Positions 6,911-16,780 of a DNA stretch of 64,000 nucleotides are shown one piece after another. How positions within the stretch are numbered: position 1 is the stretch's first letter; each line of letters begins with the position of its first letter. The position numbers and the translations under genes were made by a program. Source of the DNA: Puia sp. (GTDB lineage: Bacteria; Bacteroidota; Bacteroidia; Chitinophagales; Chitinophagaceae); the NCBI RefSeq assembly GCF_035546395.1, contig NZ_DASZXR010000001.1, forward strand, positions 34,624 to 98,623. The letters run 5' to 3'. Under the pieces are notes generated by a model. That model worked only from the letters and a program-made list of their open reading frames with translations, was not told the origin of the DNA and did not search any database.

Positions 6911-9508
6911 TTATTGCTCCGTCATGGTATAGACTGCGAACGATGCCAGCCAGTGTTCGCCCATATAGTCGCCGCTGGCGACATGCGGCAGGGCCTCGGT
7001 AAGATGTTGGTTGGCCAACGCATATAAATGGGCCCGGTTGGCCGGTAAATGCCGGGCGATACCATACAGGTCCCAGGCCCGGCTCAGATTGAGGCCGTCG
7101 AGATGCACCAGCTTCCCGTCGCTCCGGTCGGTAACCCGGCCCGGCTCCAGGTTGAAATGTGGATCGGCCAGCACAGGAAGGAACCGCCGCACCCATCGCT
7201 GGTACGCCGTATCCGGCATCAGCCGCCACATCAGGTCAGCCTCCTCCAGGCCCGGGCTCAGGAAATCGTTGCCGCCCGGCTCCCAGGAAAGCGGATAGTT
7301 CATATCCTTCGAATACATCCGCATAGCGGTCTCGCGGATCACCCGGATCAAGGCTGCATCGTGCACAAATGACGCGTAGTCCCAGGCGAGCCGCAGCGCA
7401 AAGGCCAGATTGGTATGCTCGCCGACCCGCACCGGGTAGTTCATCTTCGGCAGATAGCTGACGAACATTCCCGACAGCTGATGGGCAAGCGGCGCCACAT
7501 TGGCCGCGAGCTCCCGCCCCAGCGGGTCGTCCCATCGCAGCAGCTCGTTCTCCAATTGCAGGAGCCAGGCCCAGCCATAGGTCCGCTCAAAGCTAAGGTT
7601 GTCCTTCATGGCGAAGATCTTCATCTCCCCGGCGATATGTTCCGCCGAGAGATTCTCGGTCAGCCGTTGCCGTATCTCGGCCGCCCGCGGCATGCCCGGA
7701 AATAACTTCAGCAGCCGGACCAGCATCCAATGGCCGTGAACGCTGGAATGCCAGTCAAAGCAGCCATAAAAAGCCGGATGATATTCCCTCGGCTTTACCG
7801 CCAGCGTACTGTCTGGAAAGGCCACTCCCGTCTTATAAGGGAACTCCCGCTGCATGCACCGCAGCGGCAGATCGGCAAAATGAGCTGCGCCCTCCATGGT
7901 CAGCCGGTACTTGCCGTCCTTTAGCTCGTATTGTTGCGACGCCTGCGCACCTGCACCCGGTAAAAGTAGTTTGTAAAGCAGATCCAACGCATCCGCATCC
8001 GGCAACGACCGGCTCGCCGACACCTTGTCAAGCACCATGATCCGTTTATCGGTCATCGTATATCGATCCCAGGCCGGCAGCCCCGTCCCGTTCGGATCGC
8101 CCGTAGCCGCAAAATTCGCCCAGTAGGCGGACATCTCCGCAGCCAGGGCCCGGTCCACCTGTTCCCAGGGCCGGTTGACAAAGGATAAATTATCGTAGGC
8201 ATACGGCACCTCCGCCGTATGGAATGCGCCATATTTCACGTATTCGCCGGTCGCCGGCGGCTTTCGGGCAAATCTATAAACATACACCCGCGACCCCTGC
8301 CCCGATTGGATATTCGCCCATTCATAGTTCTGCACACCAAAGATCATGTCCCGGGAAAGATCCAGCTGCGAGGCAGTGGCCTCGGCCTCGGTGGCCGCCG
8401 GATAGTATTTCAAAAAAGCGTCCGCATCCGCACCGTATTGCCGATGAGCATCCTTCCGGAACTCCTCCGCATTCTTCATCGGTCCGAATACAAGCCCCTC
8501 GTCCTGGTTCCAGCCCGTCAGCAGGTCCACCCGGTTCTCCTTCCCGGACTTGAAAATATGGTCAATGGCATCCGGAAGCACATAGCCGTCGATAATTGGT
8601 CCCCTGAGCTCAGACGAACTTTTTAAAAGTTGGTCCGCTGAAAGGGCGCGGAGATCGCTCAGCGAGGCAGCCTTCAACGACGCCATCACTTTCATTCCCT
8701 CCCCCTCGGCATTCGCCAATGACGCATTCCCCCCGGTGAAGCTGGCGCCGCTTTCCCCGATCGCCCGTTTGAACAATCCCCTGGCAAGCGGAGAAGCGAC
8801 AAGCGCGTTGACACTCATCGAACCCGCCGACTGACCGGCAATAGTCACATTGCCGGCATCGCCGCCAAAGGCCGCGATATTCTTCTGTACCCATTTCAGG
8901 GCGGCGACCTGGTCCATCAGTCCATAGTTCCCCGAAGCCCGGCGCCCCGACTCCTTCGTCAGCCCGGGATGCGCAAAGAAGCCGAATATCCCAACCCGGT
9001 AGTTGATGCTCACAAATACGATACCTTTCTTCGCCATGGCCTCTCCGTCATAGATAGGCACGGCACTGCCACCGCTGACAAACCCGCCCCCGTAGATCCA
9101 TACCAGCACCGGGCGCTTCTCCGCCGGACCCTCAGCGCCCGTCCATACATTCAGATAAAGACAATCCTCGCTGATCGGCTCTTTCGGGATCAGGAACTCC
9201 TCCGACCACATACTAAAGGGCGCAGGGGAAGCCTGCATCGGGCTCGGCCCGAAGGCCACGCAAGATTTGACACCCGTCCAGGACCGGACAGGCTGCGGCG
9301 CCTTCCACCGCAGGCCGCCTACCGGCGGCGCGGCAAACGGGATGCCTTTAAAAACATGGATGTTCCCGGTGGAATTCACCGAGCCGGAGATCAGCCCGCC
9401 TTCTACCCGGACAATATCTAAACCTCCACCTGCCTGCTGCTGCGGGAACCGGAACGCGCAAAGAAGGATCAGGCCCGCAACAAGGATTTTATTTCCCCTC
9501 CCGTACAT
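6911..9508 (-). CDS. Fusion protein: type-B carboxylesterase (N-terminal) plus DUF2891 domain (C-terminal)
   Basis: Esterase: FKGIPFAAPPVG, EDCLYLNVW, WIYGGGF, GQSAG (Ser), GWNQDEG (Glu), GAFHTAEV (His). DUF2891: HPAFYGCFDWHSSVHGHW, FERTYGWAWLL, DGKLVHLDGLNLSRAW, GDYMGEHWLASFA. No stop codon between them. Confidence 0.85.
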   Translation of the reverse strand: MYGRGNKILVAGLILLCAFRFPQQQAGGGLDIVRVEGGLISGSVNSTGNIHVFKGIPFAAPPVGGLRWKAPQPVRSWTGVKSCVAFGPSPMQASPAPFSMWSEEFLIPKEPISEDCLYLNVWTGAEGPAEKRPVLVWIYGGGFVSGGSAVPIYDGEAMAKKGIVFVSINYRVGIFGFFAHPGLTKESGRRASGNYGLMDQVAALKWVQKNIAAFGGDAGNVTIAGQSAGSMSVNALVASPLARGLFKRAIGESGASFTGGNASLANAEGEGMKVMASLKAASLSDLRALSADQLLKSSSELRGPIIDGYVLPDAIDHIFKSGKENRVDLLTGWNQDEGLVFGPMKNAEEFRKDAHRQYGADADAFLKYYPAATEAEATASQLDLSRDMIFGVQNYEWANIQSGQGSRVYVYRFARKPPATGEYVKYGAFHTAEVPYAYDNLSFVNRPWEQVDRALAAEMSAYWANFAATGDPNGTGLPAWDRYTMTDKRIMVLDKVSASRSLPDADALDLLYKLLLPGAGAQASQQYELKDGKYRLTMEGAAHFADLPLRCMQREFPYKTGVAFPDSTLAVKPREYHPAFYGCFDWHSSVHGHWMLVRLLKLFPGMPRAAEIRQRLTENLSAEHIAGEMKIFAMKDNLSFERTYGWAWLLQLENELLRWDDPLGRELAANVAPLAHQLSGMFVSYLPKMNYPVRVGEHTNLAFALRLAWDYASFVHDAALIRVIRETAMRMYSKDMNYPLSWEPGGNDFLSPGLEEADLMWRLMPDTAYQRWVRRFLPVLADPHFNLEPGRVTDRSDGKLVHLDGLNLSRAWDLYGIARHLPANRAHLYALANQHLTEALPHVASGDYMGEHWLASFAVYTMTEQ

Positions 9509-9938
9509 ACCGTTCGATTATTTCCCGATCGATATTCTCGTTCTCCACCTTCTCCATCCCCCGCTGCGTAAGGGTATCGTTGCTGATGGTGACCGTAAAG
9601 GTAAACGGCTTCCCCTCCCAGTTGTGATCGCTGTAATAGTCGAGATGCTCCGTATATTGATTGCCATTGAGCGTGTAGCTGCCCCCGCCTGCGTCGAAAT
9701 GATTGGAAGAGTCCTTCGCCGGGTTGAGGTCGTGCTTTAAAAAGGCGAAGTGGGTGTCGTTGATGATCTTGATGAACCTGGTATCCTTCGTGTAGTCAGT
9801 CACCGTGGATACGCCTTTGGTGATCGTTGTCCCCGAAACCAGCCGCCAGGTGCCATTCATCCGAAGGCCCTCGGGCTGGGGTTTGCAGGAGTCGAAAAGA
9901 GCGATAGCAAGCAACAGCAGCAGTAGGTTGTATTTCAT
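9489..9938 (-). CDS. Lipocalin-like lipoprotein (149 aa)
   Basis: Start trimmed to MKYNLLLLLLAIALFDSC (lipobox). GTWRLVS lipocalin motif; GGGSYTLNGNQYTEHLDY. Overlaps the esterase-DUF2891 start by 20 nt. Confidence 0.8.
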   Translation of the reverse strand: MKYNLLLLLLAIALFDSCKPQPEGLRMNGTWRLVSGTTITKGVSTVTDYTKDTRFIKIINDTHFAFLKHDLNPAKDSSNHFDAGGGSYTLNGNQYTEHLDYYSDHNWEGKPFTFTVTISNDTLTQRGMEKVENENIDREIIERYVREGK

Positions 9939-9965
9939 GTAATGAATATAGGCTATCTTTAGCAA

Positions 9966-10556
9966 ATGAAGCCAAAATACCAGTACCTTCTTTGGATGCT
10001 CGCCGGCCTGTTCTCTCTCAACGCCGGGGCCCAGACGCTGAGCTTTAATAAGATCGATACCACGATGAAAATAGGCAAGGTCGGCTACCGTGTCACCTGC
10101 CGGAACCATAGCCTCACCGAGAACCCTATTTCGATCCGGCCCATCGGCATGGAGACCGATGTCCGCCCGTTGGATTTCCCCCTCAAAGGCCGGCTCTATG
10201 CCACCCAGGTGGACGATCTCAACAGTGACAGCTATCCCGACCTCCTGATGGTCATCTACTCCGACTCCAACGCCGTCCACGGCACCGTCTATTGCCTCCT
10301 CTCCGAGGCGAATAAGTCGCTCGTCCCCTGTTACCTCCCCGACGTCTCCTATGACCCCAAGGTGAACAAGGGATACAAGGGTCATGACACGTTCACACTG
10401 CTCGAAGGCAGCCTTCTGCAGCGATTCCCGATCTACAACCCCGGCGACGCGGATGATAAGCCTACCGGCGGAACCCGCACCCTGATGTACCAGGTGACAA
10501 AAGGCGACGGCGGCGGATATAAATTCACCCGCCTCCGAAACTTCGATACCAAATAA
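9966..10556 (+). CDS. Secreted protein resembling the PliI family (I-type lysozyme inhibitor)
   Basis: Signal peptide; DDLNSDSYPDL; GYKGHDTF...LLQRFPIYNPGD...PTGGTRTLMY resembles the C-terminus of PliI-annotated Bacteroidota proteins. Recognised from memory. Confidence 0.55.
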   Translation: MKPKYQYLLWMLAGLFSLNAGAQTLSFNKIDTTMKIGKVGYRVTCRNHSLTENPISIRPIGMETDVRPLDFPLKGRLYATQVDDLNSDSYPDLLMVIYSDSNAVHGTVYCLLSEANKSLVPCYLPDVSYDPKVNKGYKGHDTFTLLEGSLLQRFPIYNPGDADDKPTGGTRTLMYQVTKGDGGGYKFTRLRNFDTK

Positions 10557-10580
10557 GAATGCCTTCTCTTTTTGCAGCCC

Positions 10581-11654
10581 TCATTCCACCAACAAACGCC
10601 GGAAGAACGGCTCCAGCTGCGCCGCCAGCAACGCATGATCCTTCACACTCGGATGATAAGAACATCCCCCCGGCGTCATCGGCTCGAAAAAGAACAGCGC
10701 CACCGGCTGCGCCGCCGGATAAAGCGGATCGATGGCCGTCTTCACGGCCGTCAGACAACGCTGCAATAACTCCCGGTCCGCTCCCCCCACCATCGGGCTG
10801 CTCAGCAACGCGATCCGCGCCGTTGGATACTTCGTCTTCACCAGCCGGACAAACTTCACATACGCACCCACGAATCGCGCACTGTCAAAAGGCGCCCGCG
10901 CCACCTTCCCATCTCCCTTGCTGAGGTCGTTCGTCCCCAGCGCGATGCTGACCACGGCCGGGCGATATCGCGCAAAATCCCACGGCCTCCGGCCCGTATC
11001 GCTCAGATCCGCGTGCTCATATACCGCCGGCATCGACGGCGCATCCCGGTTCCAGGTGCGATAGATGCCGATGCCGCTCACGCTGCTCAGAAAATAGTTG
11101 ACCTTTAAAGCCCGGGCCACCCGCGGACCGTAAGCATAATAAGCGTTATGATAATCGGAATATTGACCTGCTCCACAAGGGGTCGCCGACGTATCCGCAT
11201 CGGCTCCGCAGGTGATGCTGTTCCCGATGAATTCGATTACCGGGGCCGCTGGCCGCTGCAATGCCGACAGCCCCTGCCCTGCTATCTTTTCAACAAAGAT
11301 GGGGCCGCTCGTAGCCTCCGTCGCCTTGTAGATCCATACGGTGTGAACGCCCCTGTCCCCTGCCCGTATCAGCAGCGGCGCCGTACCCTGAAACCGCACC
11401 CGTCCCTGGTAGACGCCATCCAGCTCGTATTGGACATATTGGTGGCCGGCCGTATCGGCAAGATGCAGGTAGACCGCACAGCCGGCGCCCGAGAACTGAA
11501 ATCCAAAATGGACCGCACTCCCGATCAATTCGATCTCGCCGGCCGGCGTTAGGATATACCGGCCAAATGGATGCAAGGCCGAAGCCGGCAGCAGATTCAC
11601 CCGATCGGGCAGCGTCCCGCAAAAACACGCAATCAATAGTAAGATCATTCTCAT
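10581..11654 (-). CDS. SGNH/GDSL esterase, CE2-like acetylxylan esterase
   Basis: IEFIGNSITCG (block I), SVSGIG, IALGTND (block III), CSYHPS (His), N-terminal beta-sandwich and signal peptide. Confidence 0.85.
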   Translation of the reverse strand: MRMILLLIACFCGTLPDRVNLLPASALHPFGRYILTPAGEIELIGSAVHFGFQFSGAGCAVYLHLADTAGHQYVQYELDGVYQGRVRFQGTAPLLIRAGDRGVHTVWIYKATEATSGPIFVEKIAGQGLSALQRPAAPVIEFIGNSITCGADADTSATPCGAGQYSDYHNAYYAYGPRVARALKVNYFLSSVSGIGIYRTWNRDAPSMPAVYEHADLSDTGRRPWDFARYRPAVVSIALGTNDLSKGDGKVARAPFDSARFVGAYVKFVRLVKTKYPTARIALLSSPMVGGADRELLQRCLTAVKTAIDPLYPAAQPVALFFFEPMTPGGCSYHPSVKDHALLAAQLEPFFRRLLVE

Positions 11655-11704
11655 ACATCAATACTACTAATTTTTCCTAACTTCATTCAGCAAGCAAACC
11701 CCGC

Positions 11705-14671
11705 ATGCGCAGCCCGCTGACCTTACTATGGCTGGTCCTCCTTGTTCATAGTTCCTATGCACAGCAGTATCTCTTTGCACGCTACACCCCGAAGAATGGC
11801 CTCGTGAACAACCGCACCCGTAGGCTCTACCAGGACAGCCGCGGCCGCCTGTACATCGCCACCTTCGGTGGGCTGAGCGTCTATGACGGCAGCAGGTTCA
11901 TCAACTACACCACCGACAACGGGCTGGCCGCAAGCCTGGTGAACGATATCATGGAGATGGGCGACGACTCCCTCTGGATCGTTCCGAATGGGCCGGCCCT
12001 GCATTGCCTCGTCCACGGCGTCATCAGGGACGTACACACCGCCGACGGCTTCTACCCGGTGATCAACCAGCTCATCCGTTGCAGCGACGGCTTCATCTAC
12101 GCCATTTCCGACGGAGGGCTGTTTCGCTATCGGCAAAACCGCTTCATTCGCGTTCCACTGACCGACGACCAGGGCCGAACCGAGGATGGCGCGATCGTGC
12201 AGGCGGTTGAAACAAACCATCGCCTGCTGCTCCTCACCGATCAATTCATGGGCGCTTTTCCCGGCCCCGGTTCTCTCCTGCTCTATGACCTGATATCCCA
12301 AAAGCTCACCGCCACGGCCAAAGGACCCGAGTATTTATATCTGCTCAAGACCGCTGGAGACAGCATCTTTATCGCTACGGCAAAAGGAGTTCGCTGGCTC
12401 GACCCCGTCGCTCTGCAGATGGACTCGATCCGCCAGCGACCGATGCCTGCCCCTTGGCAGGCGGCCGGCCCGCTTTTCTCCCAATACCTTTATACCGATC
12501 GCCGCCATGACCTGTGGCTCTCCACCGATCAACGGCTCCTCCGCATCGACGCCGCCACTGGGATTCCACAAGATCTCACCACCGCCAATGGTCTCCCGCC
12601 CGGCGTTACGGTGGGAATCCTGCAGGACGGAGAGGGCAATTTCTGGTTCGCCAACGACCGCAACGGGATCGTCAAATGGCCGGAGCGACCGGTCGCCTGG
12701 TATTCCACCCCCCGACCGGGATTCACCGTCAGCGACCTCTGGGTCGCGCCGGGCACCGACTCGGTGTGGTTCTATGATGCCAACCGCCGGGCGCTCCTGC
12801 TGCTGCAGGAAAGGGACAGCGCCCAGCAGCTCTTCCTGCCGGTCGGCCCGATGCCGACCAATGGCCGCCCGTACATCGGAAAAAACGCCTGGTTCGTGGC
12901 GGGCGCCGATCTTTATGCAATGCAGTTCCTCCCGGGTCACCGCTATCGCGTGACCCCGGTCGGACATGACAGCTCATTTGAATACGGCAGCGGGTGCTTC
13001 GACCCAAAAGGCGATTGGATCTTCGTCGGCAGGAAACTCACCGTCATCCCGGCAGGCCAGACGGCCCCGCTTCGCCGGCTCCTGCAGGTTCCCCTGCCCT
13101 ACCTCTGCGATGAGGCGGCGGTCGATCCAAAGGGACGCATCTGGACCGTCACCCGGGATGATAAGCTGCTCGTGTTCGGCATCACGCCGGACGGGACGAG
13201 CCTTCAAACCCTGGCCAGCTTCCACAACGTACCCGGAGGCAGCGCAAGGTCCATCACCGTCGATACCGCCGGTCATGTCTATATTGGAACAAGGGACCAT
13301 GGCCTGTATTGCCTCTTCTTCGACGGGCTCCGCTTACGATCCATCCAGCATCTCACCACCGGCAACGGCCTCTCGGAGAATTTCATCAACTATCTTCATT
13401 GTGACCCCGACAATACGGTCTTGGCCTGTACCCCCGCCGGTCTGGACCGCATCCGGTACGACGACTCCCGGTTTGCCATCGACGATCTCACCTACAGTCA
13501 TGATAATTATCAGGGCGTCTATCGTGTCTTTTCGACCCGCCGGCGAACGCATTGGGCCCTCGTGATGCAGGGCTATATGAAGGCCGGGCCTTTCCCCGCA
13601 AAAGGTCCCGACTATCAACCCCATGTCCTTTTCTCGCAGGTGCTGGTAGACAATACGCTCTCCCCGGACACCAGCCGAAAGACCCTGACGCTGCCCTATG
13701 ATCATAGCACCATCTCCTTTCACATCGGCGTGACCAGCTATATCGATGAGGCGCAAACCCGGTACTCCTATCTGCTGGAAGGCAGCAGCAACCGCCAGTG
13801 GAGCCCGTTGACGCCCGAATCGGCGATCCACTTCGTTAATTTACCGCCGGGAAAGTACACGTTGCGGGTGAAGGTCCGGTTCCTGGCCGGCGACTACCCC
13901 GACGCCGGTTCCAGTTACGTATTTGTGATCCGCCCGCCCTGGTGGCAGACAGCGGAATTTCGCATCGGCGCGGCCCTCGTTCTCCTCTTCCTAACGATTT
14001 GGATCATCCGCACTTATATCCGCCGCCGCCTGCTCCGCCAGCGGCTCGAGCTGGAAAGCCAGCAGGCCATAGAGAAGGAAAGGACGCGCATTGCAACCGA
14101 CATGCACGACGAGCTGGGCGCCGGTCTCTCGAGGATCAAATTCCTGAGCGAGACCATCGGGATAAAAAAGCAGCAGCAGCTTCCCATCGAAGAAGAGATC
14201 ACGGGGATCAGGCGCTATTCCCATGAGATGATCGACAAGATGGGCGAGATCGTCTGGGCCCTGAACGAACGGAATGATTCCCTCAGCGATCTGCTGTCCT
14301 ACACCCGCAGCTATGCGGCCGAATACCTGCTGCAGGCGGGTATCCGCTGCCAGGTGGAATCTCCCGCAGAGATGCCCTCCTGTTTCGTCAGCGGCGAGTT
14401 CCGGCGCAATGTCTACCTGACCATCAAAGAAGCCCTGCACAATATCGTCAAGCATTCCCAGGCCGAACGGGTGGTGATCCGGATGATCGTCCAGCCGGGA
14501 CGGTCCCTCACCGTCGCCATCGAAGACGACGGGATCGGTTTCGACCGGGAAAGCATCCGTCCCTTTGCCAACGGCCTCAATAACATGCAAAGGCGTATCG
14601 GTGACCTGGGCGGAACCCTGTATATTTACACCGGACCGGGCACCACCATCCGCCTGTCCGTGCCGCTATAA
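11705..14671 (+). CDS. Sensor histidine kinase (beta-propeller, Y_Y_Y, TM, HisKA_3, HATPase)
   Basis: YTTDNGL repeats, YSYLLEG...NLPPGKYTLRV (Y_Y_Y), TM helix, ERTRIATDMHDELGAGLS (H-box), KEALHNIVKHS, IEDDGIGF. Confidence 0.93.
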   Translation: MRSPLTLLWLVLLVHSSYAQQYLFARYTPKNGLVNNRTRRLYQDSRGRLYIATFGGLSVYDGSRFINYTTDNGLAASLVNDIMEMGDDSLWIVPNGPALHCLVHGVIRDVHTADGFYPVINQLIRCSDGFIYAISDGGLFRYRQNRFIRVPLTDDQGRTEDGAIVQAVETNHRLLLLTDQFMGAFPGPGSLLLYDLISQKLTATAKGPEYLYLLKTAGDSIFIATAKGVRWLDPVALQMDSIRQRPMPAPWQAAGPLFSQYLYTDRRHDLWLSTDQRLLRIDAATGIPQDLTTANGLPPGVTVGILQDGEGNFWFANDRNGIVKWPERPVAWYSTPRPGFTVSDLWVAPGTDSVWFYDANRRALLLLQERDSAQQLFLPVGPMPTNGRPYIGKNAWFVAGADLYAMQFLPGHRYRVTPVGHDSSFEYGSGCFDPKGDWIFVGRKLTVIPAGQTAPLRRLLQVPLPYLCDEAAVDPKGRIWTVTRDDKLLVFGITPDGTSLQTLASFHNVPGGSARSITVDTAGHVYIGTRDHGLYCLFFDGLRLRSIQHLTTGNGLSENFINYLHCDPDNTVLACTPAGLDRIRYDDSRFAIDDLTYSHDNYQGVYRVFSTRRRTHWALVMQGYMKAGPFPAKGPDYQPHVLFSQVLVDNTLSPDTSRKTLTLPYDHSTISFHIGVTSYIDEAQTRYSYLLEGSSNRQWSPLTPESAIHFVNLPPGKYTLRVKVRFLAGDYPDAGSSYVFVIRPPWWQTAEFRIGAALVLLFLTIWIIRTYIRRRLLRQRLELESQQAIEKERTRIATDMHDELGAGLSRIKFLSETIGIKKQQQLPIEEEITGIRRYSHEMIDKMGEIVWALNERNDSLSDLLSYTRSYAAEYLLQAGIRCQVESPAEMPSCFVSGEFRRNVYLTIKEALHNIVKHSQAERVVIRMIVQPGRSLTVAIEDDGIGFDRESIRPFANGLNNMQRRIGDLGGTLYIYTGPGTTIRLSVPL

Positions 14672-14768
14672 CGGCCTGAAAGCCCGTTGACTGAAGGCCG
14701 GAAACCAGCCGCTATAACTTTTATACTATTGCCGGGTTATCCATTTACCAGTAGCTTCAAAAATCCCA

Positions 14769-15398
14769 ATGTCTATCAGTCTCATCATAGTGGAAGATCT
14801 CGACGAGGTGCGTGAAGGGTTAAAGAACTTTCTCGCCCTGAACCCCGAATTCGTTGTCCTCGACACCTTCAAGACAGCGGAAGAGGCCATGGAAGCCATC
14901 CCCCGCCTGCAGGCCGACATTGTTATCATGGATATCAACCTCCCCGGCGTCAACGGCATCGAATGCATCCGGCAAACCGCTCCAAAGGCCGGCCGTACCC
15001 AGTTCATGATGTTTACCGTCTATGAGAACGACGAGAAGGTCTTCGAAGCCCTCAAAGCCGGAGCCTCGGGCTACCTGCTCAAAAACACGGGGCTGGTCAA
15101 CATCATCGAGGCGCTGAAAGAATTGTACGAAGGCGGCTCGCCAATGAGCTCCAACATCGCCCGCAAGCTGGTCCGAAACTTCCAGCATGAATCCTCAAAA
15201 TCATCAGCGCCCGTCGCCGAGACCCTCTCCTCCCGCGAAAACGAGATCCTTCAGCTGCTGTCCCGCGGCCTCCTCTACAAGGAGATCGCCGACCAGCTCG
15301 CCATCTCCACCAGTACGGTTCGCCAACATATCCATCGCATCTACGAAAAACTGCACGTCCAGAATCGCACCGAAGCGATCAACAAAGCCTTCCGCTAA
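14769..15398 (+). CDS. NarL/LuxR-family response regulator
   Basis: IVEDLD, IVIMDINLPG, GASGYLLK, LSSRENEILQLLSRG...YKEIADQL...IYEKLHV. Confidence 0.95.
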   Translation: MSISLIIVEDLDEVREGLKNFLALNPEFVVLDTFKTAEEAMEAIPRLQADIVIMDINLPGVNGIECIRQTAPKAGRTQFMMFTVYENDEKVFEALKAGASGYLLKNTGLVNIIEALKELYEGGSPMSSNIARKLVRNFQHESSKSSAPVAETLSSRENEILQLLSRGLLYKEIADQLAISTSTVRQHIHRIYEKLHVQNRTEAINKAFR

Positions 15399-15479
15399 AA
15401 TCCCCACACGCCTGAGCCTAACTTTCGTTCTATTGACGCATGCGCGCAGCCAGCGTAGCTTCGGAACAAATAAGAACCC

Positions 15480-16160
15480 ATGCGCCCGAAAGCAACCCCA
15501 ACCTCTCTCCTCATCTTGCTCCTGCTGCCTGTTCTCGGCCTCGCCCAAAATGACAGCACCCAACGACCGGCCGCCCCGAAAAAAGAACACCACATCATCG
15601 GCATCGGCTTCCGCGGTGGCCTCAACTTTGCCAACGTCACCCACGCCTCGGATATCAACGGCAGCACACACACCGGTTTCCATGCGGGCATCTTCCTGTC
15701 GCCACCCGCAAAAATCATCGGTTCCTATACCGAGCTTACCTTCTCCCGCCAGGGCTATGACTACAACACCAGCCAGGTCAACAATGCCCTAATGCTCGAC
15801 TATATCTCCCTCGCTCAATTGATGGCCATCAATATCACCAAATACGTTCAGATCCAGTTCGGCTTCCGGACGGCCTACCTGCTCAATGCGAAAACGGACA
15901 GCAGCAGCCAGATAGCGATCCCCGACAGCCTCGGACTGGGCACCCAGTACAAGAGCCTGCTGAGTTACTACAACCGCTTCGACTACGGCTTCACCGGCGG
16001 TATCGAGGTCCATCCCGTGGCCGGCCTTATCATCGGGGCGCGCTACAACCTAAGCCTGAACGGCCTCTACAAGGATGCTTTCACCACCGGCGGCTCGGGC
16101 GGTATCAGCATCAATCCGAAGAACAATGTCATCCAGCTGTTCACGGGCTGGCGATTTTAA
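15480..16160 (+). CDS. Outer-membrane beta-barrel (porin/PorT-like) protein
   Basis: Signal peptide, GFRGGLNFAN, GFHAG, FDYGFTGG, IGARYNLSL, terminal FTGWRF. Confidence 0.85.
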   Translation: MRPKATPTSLLILLLLPVLGLAQNDSTQRPAAPKKEHHIIGIGFRGGLNFANVTHASDINGSTHTGFHAGIFLSPPAKIIGSYTELTFSRQGYDYNTSQVNNALMLDYISLAQLMAINITKYVQIQFGFRTAYLLNAKTDSSSQIAIPDSLGLGTQYKSLLSYYNRFDYGFTGGIEVHPVAGLIIGARYNLSLNGLYKDAFTTGGSGGISINPKNNVIQLFTGWRF

Positions 16161-16170
16161 ATATAAGATC

Positions 16171-16707
16171 ATGAAGCACATCGCCCTCCTGCTCCTTTCG
16201 ATCCCCGCGCTCCTCACCGTTCGGTCACAGACAACCTCGGCGACGACCGGGCCAAATCCCCAGTATTTGAACAATGTCTACTTCTGCATGGCCGATTCAC
16301 TCCAGCCCCTGGAAAAGACGAACGGCCAGGTAAAGAATAAGTTCCGGTATTTTGGCGGGGGCAGCGGCCCCAGCTACAATATCGAGGGACCCCGCTCCTC
16401 CGTCCGGATAAAGGCAGGCGCCGATACCCGCTTTGCGGTACGTCTCAGCGGGATGATGGATCCTTCCTCGTTGATCAAGCTCTACCGCTTTGACGCAGGC
16501 AAAAAGAACCGGGAATCATCCATGAATGCGTCCGGCAAGAATGTCGTCGATTGCAATGTCCAGAAGTCCGGCGCCGACGTCTATATCCTGATTCCCACAA
16601 CAAAGTTGACACCGGGCGAATATGGATTTCAAAACACGATGATGATGAACGGCGCCGGCACCACCCAGATGAGCTACACTTTCTTCGCCTTTGGCGTCGA
16701 TCCATAA
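16171..16707 (+). CDS. Secreted hypothetical protein (178 aa)
   Basis: Start trimmed to MKHIALLLLSIPALL, 10 nt after the porin stop. LTPGEYGF...FFAFGVD C-terminus. Confidence 0.75.
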   Translation: MKHIALLLLSIPALLTVRSQTTSATTGPNPQYLNNVYFCMADSLQPLEKTNGQVKNKFRYFGGGSGPSYNIEGPRSSVRIKAGADTRFAVRLSGMMDPSSLIKLYRFDAGKKNRESSMNASGKNVVDCNVQKSGADVYILIPTTKLTPGEYGFQNTMMMNGAGTTQMSYTFFAFGVDP

Positions 16708-16764
16708 GCCCTATCACATTCGGACAGGAAAAAGCCGGCCCAAAAAGGGGCCGGCGATAGGGCT
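16707..16764. terminator. Nested hairpin between convergent genes, probable bidirectional terminator
   Basis: Outer stem AGCCCTATC (16707-16715)/GATAGGGCT (16756-16764); inner stem GCCGGCCC/GGGCCGGC (16734-16755). Confidence 0.55.
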
Positions 16765-16780
16765 CAGGGGTAGTAGCAGG

